Assembly (NCBI GenBank): GCA_965215335.1
Contig: CBDCDA010000001.1
Location: forward strand, 1,920,001-1,984,000
DNA: 64,000 nt
Origin: an uncultured Candidatus Entotheonella sp.
Lineage (GTDB): Bacteria > Tectomicrobia > Entotheonellia > Entotheonellales > Entotheonellaceae
Direction of reading: 5' to 3'
Shown here: in pieces, positions 31,549 through 41,368 of the stretch
How the letters are laid out: each line of letters opens with the position of its first letter
How positions within the stretch are numbered: position 1 is the stretch's first letter
Translations under genes and position numbers: made by a program
Notes under the pieces: model-generated
What the model was told of the DNA's origin: nothing
The model's database searches: none
Seen by the model: the letters and a program-made list of their open reading frames with translations, nothing else

Positions 31549-33144
31549 ATGTTCGAGCCTCTCCTGCCCTTGCGGTTCCTGCGCCGCGCGGCGCGGCTCT
31601 TTCCCGGCAAGACGGCGGTCATCGACGGCGAGCATCGCTACGCGTATTGCCAGCTGGAAGAGCGGGTGCATCGGCTGTCAAACGCCCTGCGCCAGCGCGG
31701 CATCGGCAAGGGTGACAAGGTTGCCGTTCTGTCGCCAAACAGCCACCGCATGTTAGAAGCCTTCTTCGCCGTGCCGCAGATCGGCGCTGTCCTGACGCCC
31801 CTCAACTACCGCCTCACCACGCCGGACTTCGCATACATTCTGGACCACGCCGAAACGAAAGCCCTGCTGATCGACTGGGAGTTCGCCCACCAGATCGCTC
31901 CGCTGGTCGAGCGTCTGACAAGCCTGCAGCACTACCTCCTGCTGCGCGACGACGAGACGCCAAGCGCCGCCCTGCCTGCCGTGGATTACGAGGACGCCCT
32001 GGCCGCCGCCTCCGCTGCCTGCCCAGAGGCGCCGGCGATCGACGAAACCGGTCTCGCCACGCTGAACTACACCAGCGGTACCACGGCGCGGCCCAAGGGT
32101 GTCATGCTGACGCACCGCGCCTGCACCATCAACGCCGTCCACTTCATGACGTCCCTCAACGTGCGCCCGACCGACGTGTACCTGCACACCCTGCCGATGT
32201 TCCACGCCAACGGCTGGGGCGGCATCTGGGCCGTGGCCGGGCTCGGCGGCACCCAGGTCTGCCTGCGCCGGGTGGAAGCGCAGCCGATCTTCGAGCTGAT
32301 GCAGGACGAAGGCATCACGCTGGCCTGCGCGGCGCCGACCGTCCTGGTAACTTTGGCGACTTTCGATAGCGCCCGCGATTACCGCCTGACCGCGGGCGTG
32401 CGCATCGGAACGGGCGGCGCCGCGCCCGCCGCCGCGGTGTTGCGCCGCATGGAGGACCTGGGCATCGAGGTCGTTCACCTCTACGGCCTCACCGAGACCG
32501 GCCCCTTCCTCACCTCGTGCGAAGCGCAGCCCGCCTGGGACGGCCTGGACGTGCAGGCGCGTTACCGCCTGAAGGCCCGTCAAGGCATCGCGCAACTCTT
32601 CGCCGACGTGCGCGTGATGGATGAACAACTATGCGAAGTGCCGATGGACGGCCAAACCATTGGCGAGATCGTGGCGCGCGGCAACAACGTGATGGAAGGC
32701 TATTACAAACAGCCCGAGGAGACCGCCCACGTCATGCGCGGCGGCTGGTTCCACACCGGCGACCTCGCGGTGGTGCACCCGGACGGCTACATCGAGGTGG
32801 TCGACCGCCTCAAGGACGTCATCATCAGCGGCGGCGAGAACATCTCGTCGGTCGAGGTGGAATCCATGCTCTACGAACACCCGGCGGTGCTCGAAGCTGC
32901 CGTGGTGGGCGTGCCGGACAGCCGCTGGGGCGAGGTGCCCAAGGCCCTGGTGGTCCTCAGGCCGCAACAACACGCCGACGAGCGGGAGTTGATCGCCTTC
33001 TGCCGCGACCGCATGGCCCATTTCAAGGCGCCCAAGTCGGTCGAATTCCTCGCTACGCTGCCCAAAACGGCAACCGGAAAAGTGCAGAAATTCGCCCTGC
33101 GCGAAGCGTATTGGCCGGCGCACGAAAGTCGCGTCCAGGGCTGA
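31549..33144 (+). CDS. Acyl-CoA synthetase (AMP-forming)
   Basis: YTSGTTARPKG, YGLTET, GWFHTGD, PKTATGK. Confidence 0.95.
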   Translation: MFEPLLPLRFLRRAARLFPGKTAVIDGEHRYAYCQLEERVHRLSNALRQRGIGKGDKVAVLSPNSHRMLEAFFAVPQIGAVLTPLNYRLTTPDFAYILDHAETKALLIDWEFAHQIAPLVERLTSLQHYLLLRDDETPSAALPAVDYEDALAAASAACPEAPAIDETGLATLNYTSGTTARPKGVMLTHRACTINAVHFMTSLNVRPTDVYLHTLPMFHANGWGGIWAVAGLGGTQVCLRRVEAQPIFELMQDEGITLACAAPTVLVTLATFDSARDYRLTAGVRIGTGGAAPAAAVLRRMEDLGIEVVHLYGLTETGPFLTSCEAQPAWDGLDVQARYRLKARQGIAQLFADVRVMDEQLCEVPMDGQTIGEIVARGNNVMEGYYKQPEETAHVMRGGWFHTGDLAVVHPDGYIEVVDRLKDVIISGGENISSVEVESMLYEHPAVLEAAVVGVPDSRWGEVPKALVVLRPQQHADERELIAFCRDRMAHFKAPKSVEFLATLPKTATGKVQKFALREAYWPAHESRVQG

Positions 33145-33271
33145 TCCTCGGTCCCTTCCGGCTACTGCGCGGCAACCCTTCGACAGAAACGCCATTGACC
33201 CGCCTTGAAACTTGCAGTCGGGTACGATACTGTAGGCCGATTTTCACTTGCACCAGCATAGGACACAACCG

Positions 33272-33817
33272 ATGGCAGATGCACGGTACGACTTCGCGTC
33301 GGTGGACGCGATCGACGCGGAATCAATCGGCGAGCCCGGCAAACGGACCTTTCGGGTGCGGGTTCTGGATGGCGACCAATCAGCGGCCCTGTGGGTGGAG
33401 AAACAACTCCTGGCCACCTTGGGGGAATCCCTGCCACGCCTGCTCGATCAACTTGCCACATCGGATCAGCACGGCGGCGAGGAGGTCGAGGCCGTCACGC
33501 TGTTTCCCGACGATCCAACGGTGGAGTTCAAAGTGGGCCGCATGGCCCTGGGGTATGCAGCGAGCGAAGACCGCGTGGTCCTCATTGCCCATGATGTCGA
33601 GGATGGCGAGGACGATCTGCCGCCCACGTTTTCCTGCCGTTTCACCCGCCGGCAGGCGCGGATGCTGAGCGAGGCTTGCTCCGAGGCCGTCGCCGGCGGC
33701 CGTCCCACCTGCCCCTTGTGCCACCGTCCCATGGACGTCGAGGGCCACATGTGCCCGCGCGCTAACGGCCACCAGAAAGTCCACCTGCGTGACGAAGGCG
33801 AGGATGATGCCCTGTAA
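33272..33817 (+). CDS. DUF3090-family protein
   Basis: GEPGKRTF, WVEKQ, EFKVGRMALG, GRPTCPLC..GHMCPRANGH. Confidence 0.8.
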   Translation: MADARYDFASVDAIDAESIGEPGKRTFRVRVLDGDQSAALWVEKQLLATLGESLPRLLDQLATSDQHGGEEVEAVTLFPDDPTVEFKVGRMALGYAASEDRVVLIAHDVEDGEDDLPPTFSCRFTRRQARMLSEACSEAVAGGRPTCPLCHRPMDVEGHMCPRANGHQKVHLRDEGEDDAL

Positions 33818-33829
33818 GCTGCGCCGCTC

Positions 33830-34453
33830 CTACAACAGGATGCGCAGATGGTTCCAGCCGGGATCGAGAAGATCCTCTTCGGACAGGCCGTCGTCTTCGT
33901 TGCCGGGCACCACGTAGGTGGCGTCGGCCTGGATGGTTCTCGGGTCGATGGTCGTCAGGCCCTGAACCAGGGCGGTGAAGGTGTCCTTCAGGAAGGCGTC
34001 GTCCTCGCTCTCCACGTCCTCGGCGGGGCGGTACGGACCGTCGAGCAGAAACGCCAGCGTCACCACGACGTAGTCCTTGCGGCTTGAGGTGCGGCGCAGG
34101 TCGTCGATCTCTGCGTCGATCTCTTCTTCCTCGGTAGCGATGCTGCCCTCGATTTCGTCCCGCCACGCATCGAACTCTTCCCTGGCAGGTTCGGCCTGAT
34201 CGAGATACTCCCAATACCCGTAGGTCCAGAACAGCTCGGACTCCTCCAGCAGGGCCAAGAAGCGCCTGATGAAACGGCGTTTTTCGTCCACGTTGCTGCT
34301 GTTGCTGCGGGCGTCTTGCAGCACGCGGGCAAAGCCCGCCCGTACCGTGTCCTCGCCGAAGCATCTGATGGCGATCTGCAGGCCGAAGAAGTAGGTGTCC
34401 GATGCGCCGCCGAACCAGCGGCTGATTTTTCCCATGAATCCCTGTGTGGCCAT
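33830..34453 (-). CDS. Acidic protein, DUF1517-like
   Basis: GLQIAI, FWTYG, AREEFD, DYVVVTL resemble DUF1517; very Asp/Glu-rich. Confidence 0.55.
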   Translation of the reverse strand: MATQGFMGKISRWFGGASDTYFFGLQIAIRCFGEDTVRAGFARVLQDARSNSSNVDEKRRFIRRFLALLEESELFWTYGYWEYLDQAEPAREEFDAWRDEIEGSIATEEEEIDAEIDDLRRTSSRKDYVVVTLAFLLDGPYRPAEDVESEDDAFLKDTFTALVQGLTTIDPRTIQADATYVVPGNEDDGLSEEDLLDPGWNHLRILL

Positions 34454-34465
34454 CGGCGCCTCCGT

Positions 34466-35800
34466 TTACAGGCTGAAGCTACGCCCGCGTCCGAAGGAGC
34501 CGGACCGGCGACCCGTGCGAGAGCGTGCGCCGCCCAGTCCGGTGATGCGCCCGCCGCTGCTGCGCACCGTGGTACGGCCAAAGCCCGATGGCTTGCGTCG
34601 CCCGACACCGCGCTGGCCCCCCACGCCTCTGCCGCTGAACATCGTGGGGCGTGGTCGGGCCTGGTAGTTCGGCCGCCGAACGGCCGCTGGACGCCGGAGG
34701 TCACCCCGGGCCACGCCGCGTCCGGCAAAGCCGCCGCCAGCGTACATTGGATAATAGACCATCGGGGGGGGCAGCAAGAAGGAATACAGAAGGAAGAAGC
34801 CGAGGTGCGAGCCCAGGCCGCCGCCGTAGTAGTAGTGCGTTTCCCGCACCGTTCGAGTGGTGCCGTCCGGCTCGGTGCGCTCGACCGTTTCCGTCACCGG
34901 CGCCAAATCGGTAAGCGGGAACAGCTCCACGCCCATTTGGGCTGCTTGGTATTCGACGAACAAGGCGTTGAGGTCGTCGCTTTCGTTGCGCCGACCGCGG
35001 TTCGGGGTGATGTACATGACCTGCTTGACACCGCGCTGCTGCAACTCCGCCGCCCCGGGCGCGCTGGCCAGGTAGCGGTTGTCGAACTGCGCGCTGTCTT
35101 CAACGTACGGCGCCAGCCGTTCGCTGTCCAGCAGCAACAGGCCGGGGGCGTTGTCGGGGAGCGATTCGCGCTGTTTCTGCACCACCTCGGCGTAGGTCAG
35201 CAAGGCGGCCAGGGTGTCGTGGCTGCGTACGACGCCGTACGGGTGCGGCCAGTTGTCGAAAGCCGGCATGACGTCCAGGCCGCTGGCCATGCCGGCACCG
35301 AAGGCTACCGCTTCCGGGCCCGGCAAGTCGGCGATGAAGAAGGTCTCCGAGGCGTTGGTGACCTGGCTCAGCAGGTCCTGCTGCAGCGTCTGGCCACGCC
35401 GGAAGGCTTCCTGCATGCGTGGGCTCATGATCGGGCGTATCTGCGAGCGCAGGGATTCTTCCCGCAGGGCCTGCATGAGGGTGGGCACGAAAAAGGGCTG
35501 CCAAGCGGTTTGATGCGGTTTCCAGGCGGCGACCAGCCGGGTCGGGTCGGTGTAGACCTGCCAATCACCGGAGCCGCCGGCGTCGCGTGGCAGCGGCTGG
35601 CCGGAAAACACCAGACGGCGGTCCTTGGCGCCAACGTTCCAGCCGTGTTGCTGCTGCAGGGTGAGGGTGTCGCCGTTCAGTTCTTCTTCCGAACTGCAAC
35701 CGCTCATGCTGAGCAGGGTAGCGAAGGCGACCACGCCCTTGCCAAAGGTGCGGCGATCGACCGCCTGCCACCAGTTCGTCATGTTTCCGGGTTGCTTCAT
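34466..35800 (-). CDS. Tat-exported lipoprotein with late hydrophobic segment and Arg/Gly-rich tail
   Basis: DRRTF Tat motif, lipobox MSGC, GFFLLYSFLL segment, tail ending RSGSFGRGRSFSL. Confidence 0.7.
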   Translation of the reverse strand: MKQPGNMTNWWQAVDRRTFGKGVVAFATLLSMSGCSSEEELNGDTLTLQQQHGWNVGAKDRRLVFSGQPLPRDAGGSGDWQVYTDPTRLVAAWKPHQTAWQPFFVPTLMQALREESLRSQIRPIMSPRMQEAFRRGQTLQQDLLSQVTNASETFFIADLPGPEAVAFGAGMASGLDVMPAFDNWPHPYGVVRSHDTLAALLTYAEVVQKQRESLPDNAPGLLLLDSERLAPYVEDSAQFDNRYLASAPGAAELQQRGVKQVMYITPNRGRRNESDDLNALFVEYQAAQMGVELFPLTDLAPVTETVERTEPDGTTRTVRETHYYYGGGLGSHLGFFLLYSFLLPPPMVYYPMYAGGGFAGRGVARGDLRRPAAVRRPNYQARPRPTMFSGRGVGGQRGVGRRKPSGFGRTTVRSSGGRITGLGGARSRTGRRSGSFGRGRSFSL

Positions 35801-35812
35801 TTTCCCCTCTCC

Positions 35813-37117
35813 CTAACCTTTGCCCAGAAATATTGGCGCCGTTACCGCTGTCTCGTCCGTTGCCGCCGGCGACAGCCGAGCGTAAAACCCGGCGCTGCGC
35901 CCGCCGACGATGTAGACGCCGTAGTTGCACAGAAGACCCGGCGATTCCGGCTCGGCGCGAAAGAAACGCTGGCATACCCAGTTCGCCGGCAGGACCTTGG
36001 CCACCGCTTCGCGCCACAGGTCGGCGCTGATGAACGCCCCGCAGATCGTCTCTTCGCTCTCGCAGCCGTAAGCCGATTTCAATACCCAGTCCGGCTGATT
36101 CGCCACGAGTTCTTGCGGCGCCACTTGCGTCATGCGATACGTTTCGGGAACGTAGCGCGCGATCCAGCGCTGCGCGGTGGCCGAGAAGCGCCGGCGCTCT
36201 TCCCACATGAAGGCCATGCTGAGTTTGTTCTGGCTCACCACCGTGCCAAAAGGGTTGACAACCGTCACCCGGCCGGCGTATTCCGCCGCCAGCAGTAATT
36301 GCAACGGGCCGCTCAACGGCTCATCGTCGGGGTACGGCTCGGCATCGGACCATACGACCTGCCGCTCACCCCACCAATCCGTCTTGTAGTGCCGGATCAG
36401 CAGATCAAGCGGCTCGCCGAACATGCCGATCCCTGCCGCACTGTCGTGCAGGTTGAACGGTGATCCCAGCACCACGCGGCAACCGCGCGCCTCCAGCCAC
36501 TCGCGATAGATGGCGATCATGGAAAGATCTTCGGTCATTTCCGTCGGGTAAACGATGCCGATAGTGCCCGGTGCCCGTTCGCCGTGCGAGGCCACCAGCA
36601 TGCGCCAGAAGGCGTCCGGCAGCGAGCGATTGGGATCTTGCACCGTGCCGTGGTACGGTTGCAGCAGGCGGTTGAGCAGCACCGCCTCGGCCTCGCCGCT
36701 CGGCGTGTCGCTGTTCACCTCGCAGCAGCGGATGCGGCCGTCGGCGCACATGAACAGGTCGGCCCGCGCGATGCCGTGCCAGCGTCCCTGAGCGGTGAAC
36801 CACATGAGCTTCTGGTACGGGGTGAGACAGAAGTAGTCGTCCAGCCAGCGGGGTTCTTCCCAGACGAGGGCGACGAGTTCCTGGTACACGGCCCCCACGC
36901 GTTCGGCGGCCCGGCGTAATGCGCGCGCGCGGGGCGGTGGCAGCACGACGCCCTGCAGCCGAAAGCGGGGCGCGCCGTCGTGCCAGGCGTCGTCCAGCAC
37001 GCCGGTCTCGTAAAGCCGGGCGACGAATTCCCCGTACTCGGGCAGTCCGCCGTTCCAGCCTGTCGAATCGGGGTTCGTGGGCGCTTCCGGCGCCATCGCC
37101 GGTATGGTGGACCCCAT
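35813..37117 (-). CDS. Glutathionylspermidine-synthase-family ATP-grasp ligase
   Basis: ARADL, CEVNSDTPSG, QNKLSMA, WVLKSAYGCES, CQRF. Confidence 0.85.
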   Translation of the reverse strand: MGSTIPAMAPEAPTNPDSTGWNGGLPEYGEFVARLYETGVLDDAWHDGAPRFRLQGVVLPPPRARALRRAAERVGAVYQELVALVWEEPRWLDDYFCLTPYQKLMWFTAQGRWHGIARADLFMCADGRIRCCEVNSDTPSGEAEAVLLNRLLQPYHGTVQDPNRSLPDAFWRMLVASHGERAPGTIGIVYPTEMTEDLSMIAIYREWLEARGCRVVLGSPFNLHDSAAGIGMFGEPLDLLIRHYKTDWWGERQVVWSDAEPYPDDEPLSGPLQLLLAAEYAGRVTVVNPFGTVVSQNKLSMAFMWEERRRFSATAQRWIARYVPETYRMTQVAPQELVANQPDWVLKSAYGCESEETICGAFISADLWREAVAKVLPANWVCQRFFRAEPESPGLLCNYGVYIVGGRSAGFYARLSPAATDETAVTAPIFLGKG

Positions 37118-37119
37118 GC

Positions 37120-38283
37120 CTATCCCTGTGCCCGCAAGGGTCGGTAGAACGCGCGGATATCCTCGACAAGCGCCTGCGGCTCTTCCAGTGCGGCAAAGTG
37201 GCCGCCGGCCGTCATCGACGTCCAGCGTTGCACGTTGCACACGCGCTTCACCCATTCCTCCGGCGGCCGCATGATCTCGCCGGGGAAAGACGCCACCGCG
37301 GTGGGCACCTCGATGCGTTCGCCGCGCCCGAGACGCCAAGGCTCGTGGCGCATCTGGTAATACAGCCAGAACGAACTGTTAATCGTCTGTGTCACCCAGT
37401 AAATCATGATGTTGGTGAGCAGGGCGTTCTTGCTGACGCGGCTTTCGAGGTCGCCGTGACAATCGGTCCAGGCATAGAACTTCTCGGTGATCCAGGCCGC
37501 CAGGCCGGCGGGCGAATCGTTCAGGGCATACGCCAACGTTTGCGGCCGCGTGCCCTGAATCCACTGGTAGCCGGTCTCTTCCGCCCGCCAGGCATCGGAC
37601 GCCTTGAGGAACGCCTCTTCTGAAGCCGACAGGTTGGCGCGCTCACTGGGATGCGGCGCTACCGGCACCATGTTGACGTGCAGGCCGATGAGGTGCTGCA
37701 CGTGCGTGAAGCCGAGATGCGCCGTGATGAAGGACCCCCAGTCGCCCCCTTGGGCGCCGAAGCGCGGGAAGCCGAGAACCTCCGTCATCAGGCGGGTAAA
37801 CAGGTCGGCCATCTCCTGCACGTTCAATCGACGCTGGTACGGGACGTGCGAAAAGCCGTACCCTGGCAGCGACGGCGCCACCACGGTAAAGGCGTCCTGC
37901 GGGTCGCCGCCGTAACGTTCCGGGTCGCTCAGGGGGCCGATGACGTTGACGAATTCGTAGATCGAGCCGGGCCAGCCGTGGCTGATGAGCAAGGGCATCG
38001 GGTCCGGCCCCACGCCCGGCTGGTGGATATAATGCAGGCTCACGTCATCCAGCCCGACACGGTACTGCGAGAAGCTGTTCAGCAGCCGTTCCTGGGCGCG
38101 CCAGTCGTAGTCGTTCTGCCAGTAGGCGACAAGCTCCTTGGCGTAGGCGAGGCTGGTGCCGTATTGCCACTCGCTGCCGGGCACGTCGTCCGGCCAGCGG
38201 GTCAGGGCAAGGCGCTGTTGCAGGTCGTCGAGGACGGTATCGGCAACGTCGATGCGGAACGTCTCGGGGGCGTGTGGCGCCAT
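37120..38283 (-). CDS. Epoxide hydrolase (EHN-type alpha/beta hydrolase)
   Basis: LALTRWP, HGWPGS, SLPGYGFS, QGGDWG, GGHFAALE. Confidence 0.93.
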   Translation of the reverse strand: MAPHAPETFRIDVADTVLDDLQQRLALTRWPDDVPGSEWQYGTSLAYAKELVAYWQNDYDWRAQERLLNSFSQYRVGLDDVSLHYIHQPGVGPDPMPLLISHGWPGSIYEFVNVIGPLSDPERYGGDPQDAFTVVAPSLPGYGFSHVPYQRRLNVQEMADLFTRLMTEVLGFPRFGAQGGDWGSFITAHLGFTHVQHLIGLHVNMVPVAPHPSERANLSASEEAFLKASDAWRAEETGYQWIQGTRPQTLAYALNDSPAGLAAWITEKFYAWTDCHGDLESRVSKNALLTNIMIYWVTQTINSSFWLYYQMRHEPWRLGRGERIEVPTAVASFPGEIMRPPEEWVKRVCNVQRWTSMTAGGHFAALEEPQALVEDIRAFYRPLRAQG

Positions 38284-38338
38284 GATCTCTCCTCATGATA
38301 GCGAAAACAGGCAGGGACGACGGGGAACGTCGGCGCTG

Positions 38339-38611
38339 CTAGTCGCTTTCGAGGAGCAGGGCGTCCTCGATGTCGTCGGCGGTGATCAGCTTGCAGTCGA
38401 GAAGCACCTTGTCCAGACGGGCGACGGCGTTGCGGAAGTCCAGGTAGCCATCGACGGCCAGCGAGATGCCTTTGCGGGTAGGGCGATACTCGCCCTCGTC
38501 GTCCGTATAGTAGACGCGCACGTCAACCAGCTTGCGGCCGCGAAACTCCCTTAACGATACGCGCACGACCTCGGTGGCGTTCTTCTCAAATTGGGCGATC
38601 AGTTCGTCCAT
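38339..38611 (-). CDS. PC4/Sub1/YdbC-like ssDNA-binding protein
   Basis: VRVSLREFRGRKLVDVRVYY..PTRKGISL. Confidence 0.88.
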   Translation of the reverse strand: MDELIAQFEKNATEVVRVSLREFRGRKLVDVRVYYTDDEGEYRPTRKGISLAVDGYLDFRNAVARLDKVLLDCKLITADDIEDALLLESD

Positions 38612-38673
38612 TCCGTATTCCCCCTTTTGCGTCCTCTCGTGCTGGCTGCGGCGTGGCCTTGTGAGTGCCGGGT

Positions 38674-38703
38674 ATTCTAGGGCGCTGCCGTCGCGCCCGT
38701 CAA
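38674..38703 (-). promoter_or_regulatory. Sigma70-like promoter upstream of the PC4-like gene
   Basis: TTGACG-N18-TAGAAT on the minus strand. Confidence 0.5.
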
Positions 38704-38719
38704 CCGCCGGCGAGGCCGC

Positions 38720-39910
38720 TCAGCAGCACGCCGCCAGGGCCTGGCCGGCGTCGGCAATCAGGTCCTCGGCATCCTCGATGCCGGCGGCGTACCGTACCAG
38801 GCTGTCGGCGATGCCCAACGCCCGGCGCTGGTCGGGCGCCAGTTCGTAGTACGACATCAAAGCGGGCTGTTCGACGAGGCTCTCGACGCCGCCGAGGCTC
38901 GGCGCGAGGTACGGCAGGCACAGGGCGTCGATGAAGGCGCTGGTCTGTTCGAGGCTGCCGTCGATCTCGAAACTGACGACGCCGCCGAAGCCGCGCATCT
39001 GGCGCTTGGCGACGGCGTGGCAGGGATGGCTCGGAAGGCCGGGGTAGTACACCCGCCGCACGCGCGGGTGTTGCTCCAGAAAGGTCGCCAGGGCCATGCC
39101 ATTGGCGTTGTGTTGCTGCATGCGCAGGGCGAAGGTTTTGAGGCCGCGGATCAACAGGTAGGCGGCGCTCGGATCGGTGATGCCGCCCAGGACGCCTTGC
39201 GCCTCCCGCAGCGCGGCAAGAATCGGTGCCTTGCCGACGATGACGCCGGCCAGCAGGTCGTTGTGGCCGCCGAGGTATTTGGTGGCGCTGTGCATGACCA
39301 GGTCGATGCCGAAGTCCAGGGGATTCTGGTTGAACGGCGTGGCAAAGGTACTGTCGATCAGGGTGCGGAGGCGGTGCCGCTGCGCGATGGCCGCCAGTTC
39401 TTCCAGGTCGAGCACATAGAGATAGGGATTGGTCGGCGCCTCGGAAAGCACCAGGCGCGTCGCGGGCTGCACCGCCGCCTCGATGGCCGGCGGCTGCGCC
39501 GCCGGCACCACCGATACCTCGATGCCCAGCCGCTGCAGCACGCTGTCGCAGAACTGCCGCGTGCGGCGGTAGCAATCGTCGGTGGTGATCAGGTGCTGCC
39601 CGGGACGCAGCAGGGTGAGGAGCGTGGATGTGATGGCGCACATGCCGGAGGCCCACATCAGGGCGTCGCCGGCGTGTTCGAGGGCGGCGACCTTGCGCTC
39701 CGCGGTCTGGATGGTGGGATTGCCGTAGCGTCCGTACTCGCCCTTGTCGAGGCGGCCTTCCTTGAAGTCGATCAACTCCTGCGTATCACGAAACACATAC
39801 GTCGAGGTTTGATAAATCGGCACCGTCAGCGCGTCGCTGGTGCGCTGCTGTCGTTCACCGCCGTGAACCGCACGACTGCCGACACCTTGCGGCGTTCGCT
39901 CGCGAACCAT
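38720..39910 (-). CDS. metB: Cystathionine gamma-synthase (trans-sulfuration PLP enzyme)
   Basis: PIYQTSTY, YGRYGNPT, ASGMCA, HSATKYLGGHND, SLGGVESL. Confidence 0.88.
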   Translation of the reverse strand: MVRERTPQGVGSRAVHGGERQQRTSDALTVPIYQTSTYVFRDTQELIDFKEGRLDKGEYGRYGNPTIQTAERKVAALEHAGDALMWASGMCAITSTLLTLLRPGQHLITTDDCYRRTRQFCDSVLQRLGIEVSVVPAAQPPAIEAAVQPATRLVLSEAPTNPYLYVLDLEELAAIAQRHRLRTLIDSTFATPFNQNPLDFGIDLVMHSATKYLGGHNDLLAGVIVGKAPILAALREAQGVLGGITDPSAAYLLIRGLKTFALRMQQHNANGMALATFLEQHPRVRRVYYPGLPSHPCHAVAKRQMRGFGGVVSFEIDGSLEQTSAFIDALCLPYLAPSLGGVESLVEQPALMSYYELAPDQRRALGIADSLVRYAAGIEDAEDLIADAGQALAACC

Positions 39911-39995
39911 GGCAAACCCTCCAAAACCCTAGAGGCGTTATCGTTCAAGCCGGACTCGCGGGGGCGATATGCGGGTTCAGGGTGCCATCAAGGTC

Positions 39996-40008
39996 GGGGG
40001 GGGGGGGG
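39996..40008. repeat. G13 homopolymer (C13 in the metB leader)
   Basis: Seen directly. Confidence 0.9.
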
Positions 40009-40033
40009 TTGAAAGTCGTCCGGGAGCGCCCAA

Positions 40034-40084
40034 GCTTTTTAGCACTTTTTAGAGTGGTTGCAATATGCCGCAAATCAATCCACT
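40034..40084 (-). ncRNA. SAM-II (SAM_alpha)-like riboswitch aptamer upstream of metB
   Basis: Minus strand AGUGGAUUGAUUUGCGGCAUAUUGCAACCACUCUAAAAAGUGCUAAAAAGC: P1 AGUGG/CCACU, conserved UGAUUU, UUGCA and GCUAAA; upstream of a methionine gene. Confidence 0.75.
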
Positions 40085-40155
40085 GTCCGGAGCAAAAATC
40101 CTTTGGGGACCGTATCAGAGAGCCGGCAGCAGCGTCAAGGTGTTTTTTGTGCGGC

Positions 40156-40184
40156 TTGCGCGGCCCAAGGGTTCGGATTACAAT
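40156..40184 (+). promoter_or_regulatory. Sigma70-like promoter for aroC
   Basis: TTGCGC-N17-TACAAT. Confidence 0.5.
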
Positions 40185-40252
40185 GCCGCTCCGGTTATTC
40201 ATGCCATTGACGCCTCATTACAGCCTGCCTGATCGCAAGGAAATGGCAATCC

Positions 40253-41368
40253 ATGGGGAACAGTTTCGGTCATCTCTTCCGCATCACCACGTGGGGAGAG
40301 TCGCACGGTGGCGCGGTGGGCGTGGTCGTGGACGGCTGTCCACCGCGCCTGGAACTGTCGCAGGACGACATCCAGGTGGAACTGGACCGCCGCCGGCCGG
40401 GGCAGAGTCGCATCACCACGCAGCGCCAGGAGGGCGACGTGTGCGAGATCCTCTCCGGCGTCTTCGAGGGCCGCACGCTCGGCACCTCGATCCTCATCCT
40501 GGTGCACAACACGGACGCCAAGCCGCAGCACTACGCGCCCTTTCAGCATATCTACCGGCCCTCGCACGCCGATTACGCCTACGATGCCAAATACGGCATC
40601 CGCAACTGGCAGGGCGGCGGCCGCGCCAGCGCGCGCGAGACCATCGGGCGCGTGGCGGCCGGGGCCATCGCCAAGAAGCTGCTGCGCGAGCGTTGCGGCA
40701 CCGAGGTGATCGCCTATGTCAAGCAAATCCAGCACCTGCAGGCCGAGGTCGACCCCGGTACAGTGACGCCGGAACAGGTGGAGGCGAACATCGCTCGCTG
40801 CCCGGACGCCGCCCGCGCCGAGGCCATGATCGAGCGCATCGACTGGGCGCGCCGCCAGGGCGATTCGCTGGGCGGCGTGGTGGAAGCGGTGGCGCGTAGC
40901 GTGCCCGCCGGCTGGGGCATGCCGGTGTTCGACAAGCTGGAAGCGGACCTGGCCAAGGCGCTGATGTCGCTGCCGGCCTCCAAGGGGTTTGAAATCGGCT
41001 CCGGGTTTGGCGGCATCACGCTGACCGGCAGCGCCCACAACGACCCGTTCGAGATGCGCGACGGCCAGGTGCGTACCCGCACCAATCGCTCCGGCGGCGT
41101 GCAGGGCGGCATCAGCATCGGCGAACCGCTGCTGATGCGCGTTGCCTTCAAGCCCACCGCCACCATCGCCAAGGCGCAGGAGACCGTGACGGACGCCGGC
41201 GAGGCTGCCACCCTGGCCGCCAAGGGACGGCACGACCCGTGCGTGCTGCCGCGCGCCGTGCCCATGGTCGAGGCCATGATCGCCCTGGTGCTCGCCGACC
41301 ACTATCTGCGCCAGCAGGGGCAATGCGGCGTGCCGACCCCGGCGGTCGAGGTGCGGCGTGACGAGTGA
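40253..41368 (+). CDS. aroC: Chorismate synthase
   Basis: [35 protein letters not shown]. Confidence 0.98.
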   Translation: MGNSFGHLFRITTWGESHGGAVGVVVDGCPPRLELSQDDIQVELDRRRPGQSRITTQRQEGDVCEILSGVFEGRTLGTSILILVHNTDAKPQHYAPFQHIYRPSHADYAYDAKYGIRNWQGGGRASARETIGRVAAGAIAKKLLRERCGTEVIAYVKQIQHLQAEVDPGTVTPEQVEANIARCPDAARAEAMIERIDWARRQGDSLGGVVEAVARSVPAGWGMPVFDKLEADLAKALMSLPASKGFEIGSGFGGITLTGSAHNDPFEMRDGQVRTRTNRSGGVQGGISIGEPLLMRVAFKPTATIAKAQETVTDAGEAATLAAKGRHDPCVLPRAVPMVEAMIALVLADHYLRQQGQCGVPTPAVEVRRDE

